From Hyalangium minutum (GTDB lineage: Bacteria > Myxococcota > Myxococcia > Myxococcales > Myxococcaceae): a stretch of 64,000 bases of DNA. Numbering within the stretch: position 1 is the first letter of the stretch; the number at the start of each line of letters is the position of its first letter. The notes beneath the pieces are model-generated. The model searched no databases and had not been told where the DNA came from. It saw nothing but the letters and a program-made list of their open reading frames with translations. Of the stretch, positions 6,977-16,004 are shown piece by piece. Where the stretch lies: positions 434,001-498,000 of the forward strand of contig NZ_JMCB01000002.1 in assembly GCF_000737315.1 (NCBI RefSeq), given 5' to 3'. A program made the translations under genes and the position numbers.

Positions 6977-7735
6977 ATGAATCGCGAGACCCGAGCCCGA
7001 TGGGTATGGGCGATGATGATGATGTCGATGGTGCCGCTGTGGGCAGGCTGCGGCACGGACGACGAGCCCGAGCCCGCACCGAAGTGTGAGGCCAGCGCCG
7101 TGCGGTGCACCGAGCAGAGCATCGACCAGCTCGACCTGCTCACCACCGTGTCCACGGGAGAGATTCGCGAGGAGGGAACCACCTCCGGCCAGTTCCATAC
7201 CTATGTGGATGCTCGCGCGGGCGGGCTCACGCCCACGCAGTCCTATACCTACGTCAGCTTCACCGAGCAGGGGCTGACCCGGGTGTCGGTGGATGATCAG
7301 GCGGCACTGGCGTCGACGGACTGGGACATTGCCTTCCGCCGCTTCGTCATCCGGGTGAACAGCGGCGTCTCGGGGCCCTCCTGCGTCTCCGTGGCGCAGG
7401 CCCCGGTGGGCACGACCTTTGACTCGGTGACCCGGGTGGACCCCGCGTGGCAGTTCCGCACGGAGAACTACTTCACGGAGACCTGCGAGCTCGTCGAGGA
7501 CGACACCGGCATCGGCGCGCCGGCCGCGGTGATGGGCAGCTACTGGTCCTACGAGAGCTGTCTGGTCATGACGGGCAACGTCTTCGTGCTGCGTCTGGCC
7601 GACAGCCGCCACGTCAAGGTGCAGGTGACGAGCTACTACGAGCCCTCGGTCCAGGAGACGTGCAACCAGACGGGGAGCGCGACCCAGCCGAGCGGCGCGG
7701 CGCAGTTCCGGGTCAAGTGGGCCTTCCTCCCGTGA
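6977..7735 (+). CDS. hmuY: HmuY-family heme-binding lipoprotein
   Basis: Lipoprotein signal ending WAGC; WDIAFRR and VKVQVTSYY motifs; Fur box upstream. Start could be 6944 or 6950. Confidence 0.8.
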   Translation: MNRETRARWVWAMMMMSMVPLWAGCGTDDEPEPAPKCEASAVRCTEQSIDQLDLLTTVSTGEIREEGTTSGQFHTYVDARAGGLTPTQSYTYVSFTEQGLTRVSVDDQAALASTDWDIAFRRFVIRVNSGVSGPSCVSVAQAPVGTTFDSVTRVDPAWQFRTENYFTETCELVEDDTGIGAPAAVMGSYWSYESCLVMTGNVFVLRLADSRHVKVQVTSYYEPSVQETCNQTGSATQPSGAAQFRVKWAFLP

Positions 7736-9201
7736 GGTGGGCGGCGCTGGCGGTCCTCGCCTTCGCCGGGTGTGGCCCGGGCCACTCAGCGCCCGAGCCA
7801 CATGACCGCTCACAGGCCGCGTTGTTGGCGGAGAGCCGGCCGACCTCTCCGTCCTCGAGCCTGCCGCGCTTCGAGGCCACCGAGCAGGTGGAGTCCGTGG
7901 TGTCCCCTGGGGCGCATTTCCGCATCCACTTCACGCGCAGCGGGCCCAATGCGGTGAAGGCTGCGGATGCCGATGGCAATGGCATCCCGGATGCGGTCGA
8001 CATCGTGGCTCGGACCTACGATCGGGTCGCGGCCTTCTACGCGGGGCTGGGCTACCTGCCTCCGCCCGAGGACTCCTGGCTGCCGGGAGACTTCGGCGGA
8101 GACGGGCTCTTCGATGTCTACCTGTTGGACTTCGCCGGGCGTGCGGACGGGGCGTTCCGGACAGATGGTTGCCAGGGCGCGGAGAGCCAGTGCTCGGGGC
8201 ACATGCTCCAGGAGAATGACTTCACCGGGTACAGCTACCGCTCCTATGAGGAGGCGGTGGACACGCTGGCCAGCCATGAGTTCTTCCATGCCGTGCAGGC
8301 CGCCTACCACCCCAACCTCGGGAGCGTGGCGGTGGAGGGCACCGCGGTCTGGGCGACGGAGCGCTTCGCCCCGGCCTTGGAGGATCTGGAGCAGTTCTCC
8401 TCCGCGTACCTCGATCGGCCGGATCGCAGCCTGGTCGTGGATCCCGACGGGCCGGGCAGCTTCTCCTACGGCTCCTCGCTCTACTTTCAGTTCTTGAGCG
8501 AGCGCTTCGGAGACCGGCTCATCCTGTCGATGTGGGAGGAGAGCGTCCGCACCCCCAGCGTGCGCTGGCCGGCGCTGGTGGATACCGTGCTGCGCCGCGA
8601 TTCGGGCGCGGACTTCGACCGTGCCTTCGCGGAGTTTGCCCAGTGGAACATGGCCACCGGTTCACATGCCCGGCCGGGCCAGGGGTACGCGCGCGGCGAG
8701 GGCTATGCCGAGCTCACCTCCTCCTCCAAGACCTTCCCAGTGGATGAGCCCTCGGTGCGGGTGGCTCCTGCCTCGACGCGATACTTCGAGGTGGCGGGAG
8801 CACAGAACATCTCCGTGAGCTTCCAGCCCACGGATGATGCGGAGACAGGGGCGCTCCACCTCCTGGTGGCAGTGGTGGGCCAGGACGGCACGCTCCAGGT
8901 GACCCGGGCGGACAGTCCAGGGGCTCTGCTCGCCCAGGTGTCCGCGCAGGGTGCCTCCCGCGTGCTGGTGGCGGTCGTGGATGGGCGCCACCAAGGGCTG
9001 GGGCGGTACGGGCGGCTCTGCATCACGGACACCGCCACCGGCTCGCCTTGCGGCGGGGACGCTCCCTCCGATGGCGAGGACAAGGACACGGGCTGCCAGT
9101 CAGCCCCCGGCGGATGGACGTGGTGGCTGTCCTGGCTGGTGCTGGCCGCTGGCGGGTACCGCCCCCTCCGGAAGCGGTCTCACCTCGAAGCTTCGCGCTG
9201 A
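7732..9201 (+). CDS. MXAN_6640-type secreted zinc metalloprotease lipoprotein with a MYXO-CTERM-like tail
   Basis: GTGA overlap with hmuY; lipobox FAGC; HEFFH zincin motif followed by EGTA; C-terminal GCQSAPGG + hydrophobic stretch + RPLRKR. Confidence 0.75.
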   Translation: MRWAALAVLAFAGCGPGHSAPEPHDRSQAALLAESRPTSPSSSLPRFEATEQVESVVSPGAHFRIHFTRSGPNAVKAADADGNGIPDAVDIVARTYDRVAAFYAGLGYLPPPEDSWLPGDFGGDGLFDVYLLDFAGRADGAFRTDGCQGAESQCSGHMLQENDFTGYSYRSYEEAVDTLASHEFFHAVQAAYHPNLGSVAVEGTAVWATERFAPALEDLEQFSSAYLDRPDRSLVVDPDGPGSFSYGSSLYFQFLSERFGDRLILSMWEESVRTPSVRWPALVDTVLRRDSGADFDRAFAEFAQWNMATGSHARPGQGYARGEGYAELTSSSKTFPVDEPSVRVAPASTRYFEVAGAQNISVSFQPTDDAETGALHLLVAVVGQDGTLQVTRADSPGALLAQVSAQGASRVLVAVVDGRHQGLGRYGRLCITDTATGSPCGGDAPSDGEDKDTGCQSAPGGWTWWLSWLVLAAGGYRPLRKRSHLEASR

Positions 9202-10229
9202 GAGGCCGTGGCGCTCACGCCCCGCTCCACGAAGCGCTCGAGGGTTGCCCGGATCTGCGCGCGCATGTTGGCGGCCGATTCGGGCTTTCCCTCGCGCTGG
9301 CGCTGCCGGTAGGTCTCCGCGAGCGCGAAGAGCTCCTCCGAGCGCCTCCGCCCCTCGGCGTTCTCTCTCATCGTGAGGTGGGGATGGGCCTGGAAGAGGG
9401 CGTGCCACTCCTGGCGCACCTCGCTCCAGAAGCCCTGCGTGTCCGTCCAGTAGGCGCTCGCCTCGGGCAGGCTCTGGGCCTCCGGCAGCCGGGTGTAGAC
9501 GTTGAGTCCCCGCTCCCGTACCAGCGCATGCGGCACCGGGCCGAGCACCACCTTCAGGCTGTCCTGCTCGTGCACCCAGCCCGTGGGCGTCAAGGCGTGC
9601 CGGTTGGTGCCAGTCAGGACGTCGTAGTCGCTCCGCTTCGTGTACTCGCGGCGCGGCAAGGGGCGCCATGTCTCGCCGGACTGCCAGGAGGACACTCCGC
9701 GAGCATGGGTCCAGCGCCCCGAGCCCTCATACCGAGGCCCATCGTCGACCTCGAACACGGCTTGGCTCCACGTACACCGGGCCTCCGCCGGGGACAGCGC
9801 ATGGTGCTCCCATGACTGGCGGCCGCGAAACTCGAGCAACTCGGTGTCCTCGAACGTCCAGTCCTGGCGCCAGTGCTTGAGGGGCGCTGGCTGTCCGTCT
9901 TTCGTCACCACCAGGATGTGCTGGAGCGACACGCGCCCCGGCGTGTCCTCCACCACCCCCACCCACTCCGTCCCCGTGGTGCGGTAGGGAGCCCGCGGCG
10001 TGTAGCCCTCGCTGAGGCTCACCGTCTCTTCAAAGGCGAACTCCACCCGGTAGCTTCCCGCCATGCGAAGAATCGCGGCCCTGTCGCGCTCCGGATCACA
10101 CCCCTCTGCCGCCGGCGCTTCCACCTGGACCGTGGGGGAGATGCTCCGAGGCGCGCAGGCCAGGGTCAGTGTGAGCAGGGCCCAGCGCGGCACAGGGCTC
10201 CTCCGTGGCTCCGTTGTGTGGAACGTCAT
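9180..10229 (-). CDS. DUF6607-like lipoprotein
   Basis: DRAAILRMAGSYRV, HWRQDWTFED, PLPRREYTKRSDY and GWVHEQD motifs; in an operon with hmuY and the TonB receptor. Confidence 0.7.
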   Translation of the reverse strand: MTFHTTEPRRSPVPRWALLTLTLACAPRSISPTVQVEAPAAEGCDPERDRAAILRMAGSYRVEFAFEETVSLSEGYTPRAPYRTTGTEWVGVVEDTPGRVSLQHILVVTKDGQPAPLKHWRQDWTFEDTELLEFRGRQSWEHHALSPAEARCTWSQAVFEVDDGPRYEGSGRWTHARGVSSWQSGETWRPLPRREYTKRSDYDVLTGTNRHALTPTGWVHEQDSLKVVLGPVPHALVRERGLNVYTRLPEAQSLPEASAYWTDTQGFWSEVRQEWHALFQAHPHLTMRENAEGRRRSEELFALAETYRQRQREGKPESAANMRAQIRATLERFVERGVSATASQREASR

Positions 10230-10306
10230 GGGATGCCCTCCGGTTGAGATGGGAAGCCGGTGTTGAAGGTGTGAGCTGTCACTTCATGGGCGTGCGTGTC
10301 CCAGCC

Positions 10307-10963
10307 CTATCCTTGAGGGGCAGGCGGCTTCACGCTCCCCCAGTGGAGCTGGAACATCGCTGGGGTCCCTGCCGCGTCGTAGTAGGACAGGATCCGCACC
10401 TTGAAGTAGGCGCCCTCATCCGTCCGGACGACATAGAGCATGCTGCGCGGCGAGAGCTGGTGCGTCCTCGGGTCGTAGCTGTACCAGGCCGTTCCCGACT
10501 CGAAGGCGGTGTCCGGGTCCGTGTTCTCGTCGGCACCATCCTCCGCGTCGGTGACGTACCCCTCCGCGGGGGCTTGGCTCACCTGGGCAAAGTCCGCGTC
10601 CGCAAGGATGGCCGCCGCTACGGCTCCGCTGCCATTCACGCCTCCCCGGACGCGGATGTGAAACCGCTGGAAGGCCAAGTCCCACTGCTTGTCCTCGGTC
10701 CCCTCTACCTGCTGACGCTGATCCAGGTCGAAGCCGATCCACTTCTCCGAGCTCGTCGCGTCGAGGGTGGTGGTGAGGGTGCCGTCGCCGTTGTCCACGT
10801 GGCGGATGTTCGGCTCTTGCGGCGCGTTGCCAGGATCCTCGATGTCGGGAACGTCGTCGGGATTCGGCTGGAGGTCCGGGCCACAGGCCGCCAGCCACCC
10901 CGTGAGGAGCAGCACCGAGGCGAGGGGACGGCGGAGCGCGGGGCGAAGGGGCAGGGCACGCAT
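10307..10963 (-). CDS. hmuY: Second HmuY-family lipoprotein
   Basis: Start MRALPLRP; lipobox LAAC; WDLAFQRF and YFKVRILSYY motifs. Confidence 0.8.
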   Translation of the reverse strand: MRALPLRPALRRPLASVLLLTGWLAACGPDLQPNPDDVPDIEDPGNAPQEPNIRHVDNGDGTLTTTLDATSSEKWIGFDLDQRQQVEGTEDKQWDLAFQRFHIRVRGGVNGSGAVAAAILADADFAQVSQAPAEGYVTDAEDGADENTDPDTAFESGTAWYSYDPRTHQLSPRSMLYVVRTDEGAYFKVRILSYYDAAGTPAMFQLHWGSVKPPAPQG

Positions 10964-10992
10964 GCGAGTCACCTGAGGGAAAGCGAGGAGCA

Positions 10993-12906
10993 TCAGAGCT
11001 GGAAGGACAGCCCGGCTTGGAAGGTGCGAGGCAGGATGGGCAGATCCGTGGTGTTGCCAGTCGCGGTGAGGTTGGAGCCGGCCACGAAGAGGCGGAAGCC
11101 CGCGGGGAGCTGCTGAGAGGCGCGGGCGTCCAGCGAGACGTAGGGGTCGGACTGATACGGGTCCGCGGTCCCATCCCCGTCCACGTCCGGGTAGAAGGGG
11201 CGGGGGCCCACGAGCGCGCCGCGCACCCACGCCTCCAGTCCCCAGGGCCGGAAGCGCCAGGTGGCCTGGGCCGTGAAGCGGTGGCGGGCCTGGCCCTCCA
11301 GGGGCTCTCCGGTGGTCTGATCCCTGCCGACCGTGAGCGTGTAGCTGGCGTCCACGGTGAGGCCGCCGGGGATGCGCTGGCGCAGGCCCACTTCGCCTCC
11401 GCGGACGCTGGCCCGCTCGAGGTTGGTGTAGATGAAGTGCTGCCCCTCCGTGTCTTGCCGGAGCGAGATGGTGATCATGTCCCGCAGCGAGTGCTGATAG
11501 CCACTCAGCCAGAGCAGAGTCGGCGCGGCGGGCCGCAACTCCACGGACAGGTTCACGCTGCGGGAGCGCTCGGGCTGCAGGTCCGGATTGCCGCGCACGG
11601 TGTAGCCCACCGAGGGATTCTCGAAGTCGAGCAGCAGCTCCTGGAAGCTGGGCGCACGCAGCCCCCAGCCATAGCTGGCCCGGAGCGTGACGCGGGAATG
11701 CGGATCCAGCCGCAGTGCGAGCCGCGGCGTGATGGCAGGGCCGAACTGCGAGTCCAGATCGAGCCGCGCCCCCGGGACGAGGATGAGGCGCGGCTGGAGG
11801 AGCACCGTCCAGTTGTCCTGCACGTAGAGCGACGCGCGGCCCCGCTGCCCGCTCCCGCTGTCCAGCCGGTCCGCTGCGAGGTGCTCTCCGAGCAGCTCCA
11901 CGCCTTGGATGAGCACATGCCGCTCTCCGAGCTTCAGATCGAGCTGACCGCCGAGCTGGGCCAGCTGATCCCGCGTGTCCTCCACCGAGTCGAGCGCGGT
12001 CCCCTGGCGCTGGTCGAGCAGGTAGCGGCGCTTGAACCCCGTGTAGTACGCCTCCGTGCGGAGGCTCATCGTGTCACTGAGCCGCCAGGAGGGCGACAGC
12101 CTCACGGACAAGGTGTCATCCCGGCTGGCGCGGTCGAAGGTGGCGCCCGTCGCTCCGAGGTCGACTCCGCGCTGGACGCGCCGGGAGTAGGACAGCGTGC
12201 TGGCCAGCTCCGAAGACTCCCCGCGCACGTCCCCGCGAGCGGAGACCTGGAAGCCCGCGAGGCTGCTGCCCGTGGTGCCAATGTCCGCGGGCTCCAAATC
12301 GTAGGCATCGCGGCGCTGTAGGCCTCCACTCACCCGCAGGCCCCAGTCCTCCCGCTGCATCTCACCCGTGGCGTCCACGTCGGCCTGCCGCAGGCTCCCG
12401 TACGTCACACGAAGGTCGGCGCCGAGCGGGCGGCGGGCCCGGCGGGTGATGAGGTTCACCACTCCCGCCACCGCGTCACTTCCATAGAGGACCGAGGAGG
12501 GACCTTTGACGATCTCCACCTGCTCGATGTCCTCCAGAGAGATGCGGGACAAGTCCACCGCGCCATTGACGCGCCCGTTGACCCGCTCGCCGTCCACGAG
12601 GACCAGCGCGTACTCGGGCCCGAGTCCCTGCACTTGGAGGGTGGCCCCCGAGAACGTGGACTGCACCTCCAGCCCCGGCTGGGCGCCGAGCAGCTCCGCG
12701 ACGCTCTGGGCCCCACTGGCCACGATCTCCGCGCGGGTGATGACCTCGGTCGCGACCGGAGTGTCCTCCAGCCGCTCGGGAGAACGGGCGGCCGTCACCA
12801 CTGTCTGCGCGGGAGGAGCCTCCACGCCGCCGTCAGAGGGCTCCTCGCCCCAGGCCCTCCACGGAATGGCGACCGCCACGAAGAGAAGACACCAGCGCCC
12901 CGACAT
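10993..12906 (-). CDS. TonB-dependent receptor (heme/siderophore type)
   Basis: Plug motifs VVTAARS and IEQVEIVKGPSSVLYGSDAVAGVVNLIT; NPDLQPERS; C-terminal aromatic beta strand; Fur box upstream. Confidence 0.92.
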   Translation of the reverse strand: MSGRWCLLFVAVAIPWRAWGEEPSDGGVEAPPAQTVVTAARSPERLEDTPVATEVITRAEIVASGAQSVAELLGAQPGLEVQSTFSGATLQVQGLGPEYALVLVDGERVNGRVNGAVDLSRISLEDIEQVEIVKGPSSVLYGSDAVAGVVNLITRRARRPLGADLRVTYGSLRQADVDATGEMQREDWGLRVSGGLQRRDAYDLEPADIGTTGSSLAGFQVSARGDVRGESSELASTLSYSRRVQRGVDLGATGATFDRASRDDTLSVRLSPSWRLSDTMSLRTEAYYTGFKRRYLLDQRQGTALDSVEDTRDQLAQLGGQLDLKLGERHVLIQGVELLGEHLAADRLDSGSGQRGRASLYVQDNWTVLLQPRLILVPGARLDLDSQFGPAITPRLALRLDPHSRVTLRASYGWGLRAPSFQELLLDFENPSVGYTVRGNPDLQPERSRSVNLSVELRPAAPTLLWLSGYQHSLRDMITISLRQDTEGQHFIYTNLERASVRGGEVGLRQRIPGGLTVDASYTLTVGRDQTTGEPLEGQARHRFTAQATWRFRPWGLEAWVRGALVGPRPFYPDVDGDGTADPYQSDPYVSLDARASQQLPAGFRLFVAGSNLTATGNTTDLPILPRTFQAGLSFQL

Positions 12907-12916
12907 AGATAACCAC

Positions 12917-12935
12917 GATATTGATACTGATTATC
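12917..12935. promoter_or_regulatory. Fur box in a divergent promoter
   Basis: GATATTGATACTGATTATC is 16/19 to consensus, between the TonB receptor and RCC1 genes. Confidence 0.8.
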
Positions 12936-12984
12936 AAAGTCAAATATGTCAGGGAGACAACTTCTTCCTATTGTCGGGATTCGT

Positions 12985-14472
12985 ATGCTCCTTCGCCCAC
13001 TGGCCCTTGTTGCTGCGCTGTTACTCGCTGCATGTGGATCGGACCCTGGCGCCCCGCGCGGCCCCTTGCCAGACCCAGACACGCAGGCGCCGCAGGTTCA
13101 GGTCCTGTCGCCCACGATGCACCAGAGCATCACCGTGCGGCGCGTGCGCGTGGAGGGGCTGGCCACGGATGATCGGCAGCTGGTGTCCCTCGCCTGGGAG
13201 CTCAATGGCGGGACGCCGCAAGCGCTGGACGTGACGCAGCTGGAGGCTCTGGGCGCCTTTGCCTTCGAGGTGACTCCCCGCCCGGGTGCCAACGCGTTGG
13301 TGCTGCGCGCCCAGGACGCCGCTGGCAACACCACGGAGGGGCGCACCACCTTCCTGTTCGGAAACCAGAGCGGAGGCGGCGGGCTGCACAGCGGGGTGAT
13401 CCGTGACGGCTCCCTCTACACCTGGGGCCGGAACAACCGGGGGCAGCTCGGCCTCGGCGCCGCGGTGACGGAGGACCAGAAGCTGCCGCGGAAGGTGCCG
13501 ACCCTCGAGGATGTCGCCGCCATGGCCTTCAACCAGAACCAGTCCCTGGCGCTGAAGGCGGACGGCACCGTGTGGAGCTGGGGCGAGAACGCGCAGGGGC
13601 AGCTTGGCGTGGGGACTCCGCCCGAGCCGGGCTCACCCCACACGGCGGACCTCACGCCTCGCTCGAGCCCCACGCGGATTCCGGGGCTGAGCGGCGTGGT
13701 GGCCATCGCGCTGGGCTACCGCCATGGTCTGGTGCTGATGGCGGATGGCACCGTGCGAGCCTTTGGGGACAACTCCACCGGCCAACTGGGGGATGGCTCC
13801 TCGGAGGCCCTCAGGGACTCCCCCGTCACGGCCGTGGGGCTGACGGACATCGTGAAGGTGGCCGGTGGCTCCATGCACTCGGTGGCGTTGAGGGCGGACG
13901 GCACCGTCTGGGTCTGGGGGCGCAACACCTACGGCAACCTCGGCCAGGGCACTTCGGATGCGGTGGCCCATCCCAATCCCGTGCAGGTGCCCGGTGTCAC
14001 CGGGGTGATCGACATCGCCACGGGCAGGGACCACGTGCTCGCTTTGCACGCGGATGGGACGGTCTCCTCGTGGGGGCTGGATGCCAGTGGCCAGCTCGGC
14101 TTTGGCGAGCCCATCCCGGACGAGCAAAGCGCCACGCCCGTGAAGGTCAAAGGGCTGGCGGATGCGCGCGCCGTCTTCGCCAACGCCAACATGAGCTATG
14201 CCCGGCGGGCGGATGGCACGCTCGTCTCCTGGGGGCAGAACTTCAACGGCCAGCTCGGCAACGGCGGCAAGACGGACAGCAACGTTCCTGTGACTTCAGT
14301 TCCTCTGCTCAAGGGGCTCTCCTCGTTGGGGGCGGGCGCCACGCACGTCGTCTCCATCCGTGAGGATGGGAAGTTCTTCACGTGGGGGTGGAACTCGCGC
14401 GGCAGCCTGGGCCGGGATGATCTGCTCGATAACTGGTCCTACCCTGAGCCGATCCAGGTCTCGCTGCCATGA
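12985..14472 (+). CDS. Lipoprotein with an Ig-like domain and an RCC1 beta-propeller
   Basis: Lipobox LAAC; repeated WGxNxxGQLG and GxxHxxAL units. Confidence 0.85.
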   Translation: MLLRPLALVAALLLAACGSDPGAPRGPLPDPDTQAPQVQVLSPTMHQSITVRRVRVEGLATDDRQLVSLAWELNGGTPQALDVTQLEALGAFAFEVTPRPGANALVLRAQDAAGNTTEGRTTFLFGNQSGGGGLHSGVIRDGSLYTWGRNNRGQLGLGAAVTEDQKLPRKVPTLEDVAAMAFNQNQSLALKADGTVWSWGENAQGQLGVGTPPEPGSPHTADLTPRSSPTRIPGLSGVVAIALGYRHGLVLMADGTVRAFGDNSTGQLGDGSSEALRDSPVTAVGLTDIVKVAGGSMHSVALRADGTVWVWGRNTYGNLGQGTSDAVAHPNPVQVPGVTGVIDIATGRDHVLALHADGTVSSWGLDASGQLGFGEPIPDEQSATPVKVKGLADARAVFANANMSYARRADGTLVSWGQNFNGQLGNGGKTDSNVPVTSVPLLKGLSSLGAGATHVVSIREDGKFFTWGWNSRGSLGRDDLLDNWSYPEPIQVSLP

Positions 14473-15917
14473 GAGGTCCGGGCCTGGCGCTGCTGGTGGT
14501 GTGGCTGGCGAGCTCCGCCTGCAGCCCGGGAGATGCCCCGGTTCCGTTTCCTCCCGAGGAAGAGCCCGCGCCGTCCGGACCCGAGCCGCCGCCCCGCCAT
14601 GACTTCGTGGAGCCTGGCGAGGAGCTGCCAGGCGGCGCAACCACCGTGGTGGATACGAGCCCCGAGGCCTTTACCCATCCCGCGGCGAACCTCTCGGTGG
14701 AGAGGCGCTCGGAGTTTCTCGTGGGCGAGGCCTTCTTCGAGGTGGACTGGCTCGTGGCGCCCAACGCCCGGACGGATCGGGACGGGCTGGGCCCGCTCTA
14801 TCATGCGGTCTCCTGTCTGGCGTGCCATCAGCGCAACGGGAGAGGCGCTCCGCCCAGTCCGGGGGAGGGCGTGCTCTCGTTGCTGGTGCGGATGAGTGTG
14901 CCGGGCGCGGACGCCCAGGGCGCTCCTGTGCCGGAGCCTACCTACGGAGATCAGCTGCAGCCCCGTGCCGTAGCGGGTGTTCCGCCCGAAGCCTCCGTGC
15001 AGGTGCGCACCACGGAGCTGCCGGGGGCCTTCGAGGACGGTGAGCCCTATGCGCTCGAGGCTCCCGAGTACGTCCTCACGGATCTGGCCCATGGCCCGCT
15101 GCGGCCCGACACGCGCTTGTCACCGCGGGTGGCCCAGCCGGTGTTCGGCCTTGGCCTGTTGGCGGCCGTGCCCGAGGCGCTCCTGCTGGAGTGGGCGGAT
15201 GCCGAGGACGCGAACGGGGACGGCATCTCCGGCAGGCCCAATCGCGTGTGGAACCGGCGGCTCGGGCAGACCGTACTGGGGCGCTTTGGATGGAAGGCCA
15301 ACCAGCCGAATCTGGAGCATCAGAATGCCGGTGCTCTGGCGGGCGATATGGGGCTCACTTCGCCGCTGGCGCCCAGTGAGTCCTGCACCTCCGCGCAGGC
15401 CGCGTGCCTCGCCGCGCCCAACGGTGGCACGCCCGAGGTGGACGCGCGCAAGCTGACGGCGCTCACCTTCTACACCCATGTCCTCGGAGTGCCCGCCCGC
15501 CAGGGGGTGGATGTGCCCCGGGTGCTGCGAGGCAAGGAGCTCTTTCACCGTGCCGGGTGCGCACGGTGCCATCGGCCATCGATGGAGACAGGCGCACTGG
15601 AGGGCCACCCCGAGCTGTCCCATCAGCTCATCTGGCCGTACACCGATTTGCTGCTGCATGACATGGGAGCGGGGCTGGCGGACGGACGCGAGGACTTCGC
15701 GGCCTCTGGACAGGAGTGGCGCACACCGCCGCTGTGGGGGCTGGGGCGAACAGCGGCCGTGAGTGGACACACGCGCTTGCTCCATGACGGGCGGGCCCGC
15801 TCGGTGATGGAGGCCATCCTCTGGCACGGAGGCGAGGCCGAGGCGTCACGCGAGCACGTCCGGCGGCTCACGCGCGAGGAGCGCACGGCCCTCCTCGCAT
15901 TCCTCGAGTCCCTCTGA
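14469..15917 (+). CDS. Di-heme oxidoreductase family protein (DUF1111) lipoprotein
   Basis: CLACH and CARCH heme-c motifs; GRFGWKA, YTDLLLHDMG, WRTPPLWG, LLHDGRAR; ATGA overlap with the upstream gene. Confidence 0.88.
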   Translation: MRGPGLALLVVWLASSACSPGDAPVPFPPEEEPAPSGPEPPPRHDFVEPGEELPGGATTVVDTSPEAFTHPAANLSVERRSEFLVGEAFFEVDWLVAPNARTDRDGLGPLYHAVSCLACHQRNGRGAPPSPGEGVLSLLVRMSVPGADAQGAPVPEPTYGDQLQPRAVAGVPPEASVQVRTTELPGAFEDGEPYALEAPEYVLTDLAHGPLRPDTRLSPRVAQPVFGLGLLAAVPEALLLEWADAEDANGDGISGRPNRVWNRRLGQTVLGRFGWKANQPNLEHQNAGALAGDMGLTSPLAPSESCTSAQAACLAAPNGGTPEVDARKLTALTFYTHVLGVPARQGVDVPRVLRGKELFHRAGCARCHRPSMETGALEGHPELSHQLIWPYTDLLLHDMGAGLADGREDFAASGQEWRTPPLWGLGRTAAVSGHTRLLHDGRARSVMEAILWHGGEAEASREHVRRLTREERTALLAFLESL

Positions 15918-16004
15918 GCGGGGTCTGAGTGCCAGAAGACGTGCCGGTGACCACCGTAAGAGAATGAAGGGAGCTCCGTCAGCCAGGGTGAAAGGAACAG
16001 AGCA

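Noticed and set aside
6775-7182. Upstream extension of the PLD ORF (and similar extensions at 7447, 11230, 37829, 45044, 48756, 52973, 56763, 57287, 59952)
   Set aside because: These overlap neighbouring genes or promoters; downstream starts have an RBS, a signal peptide or stop-start coupling.
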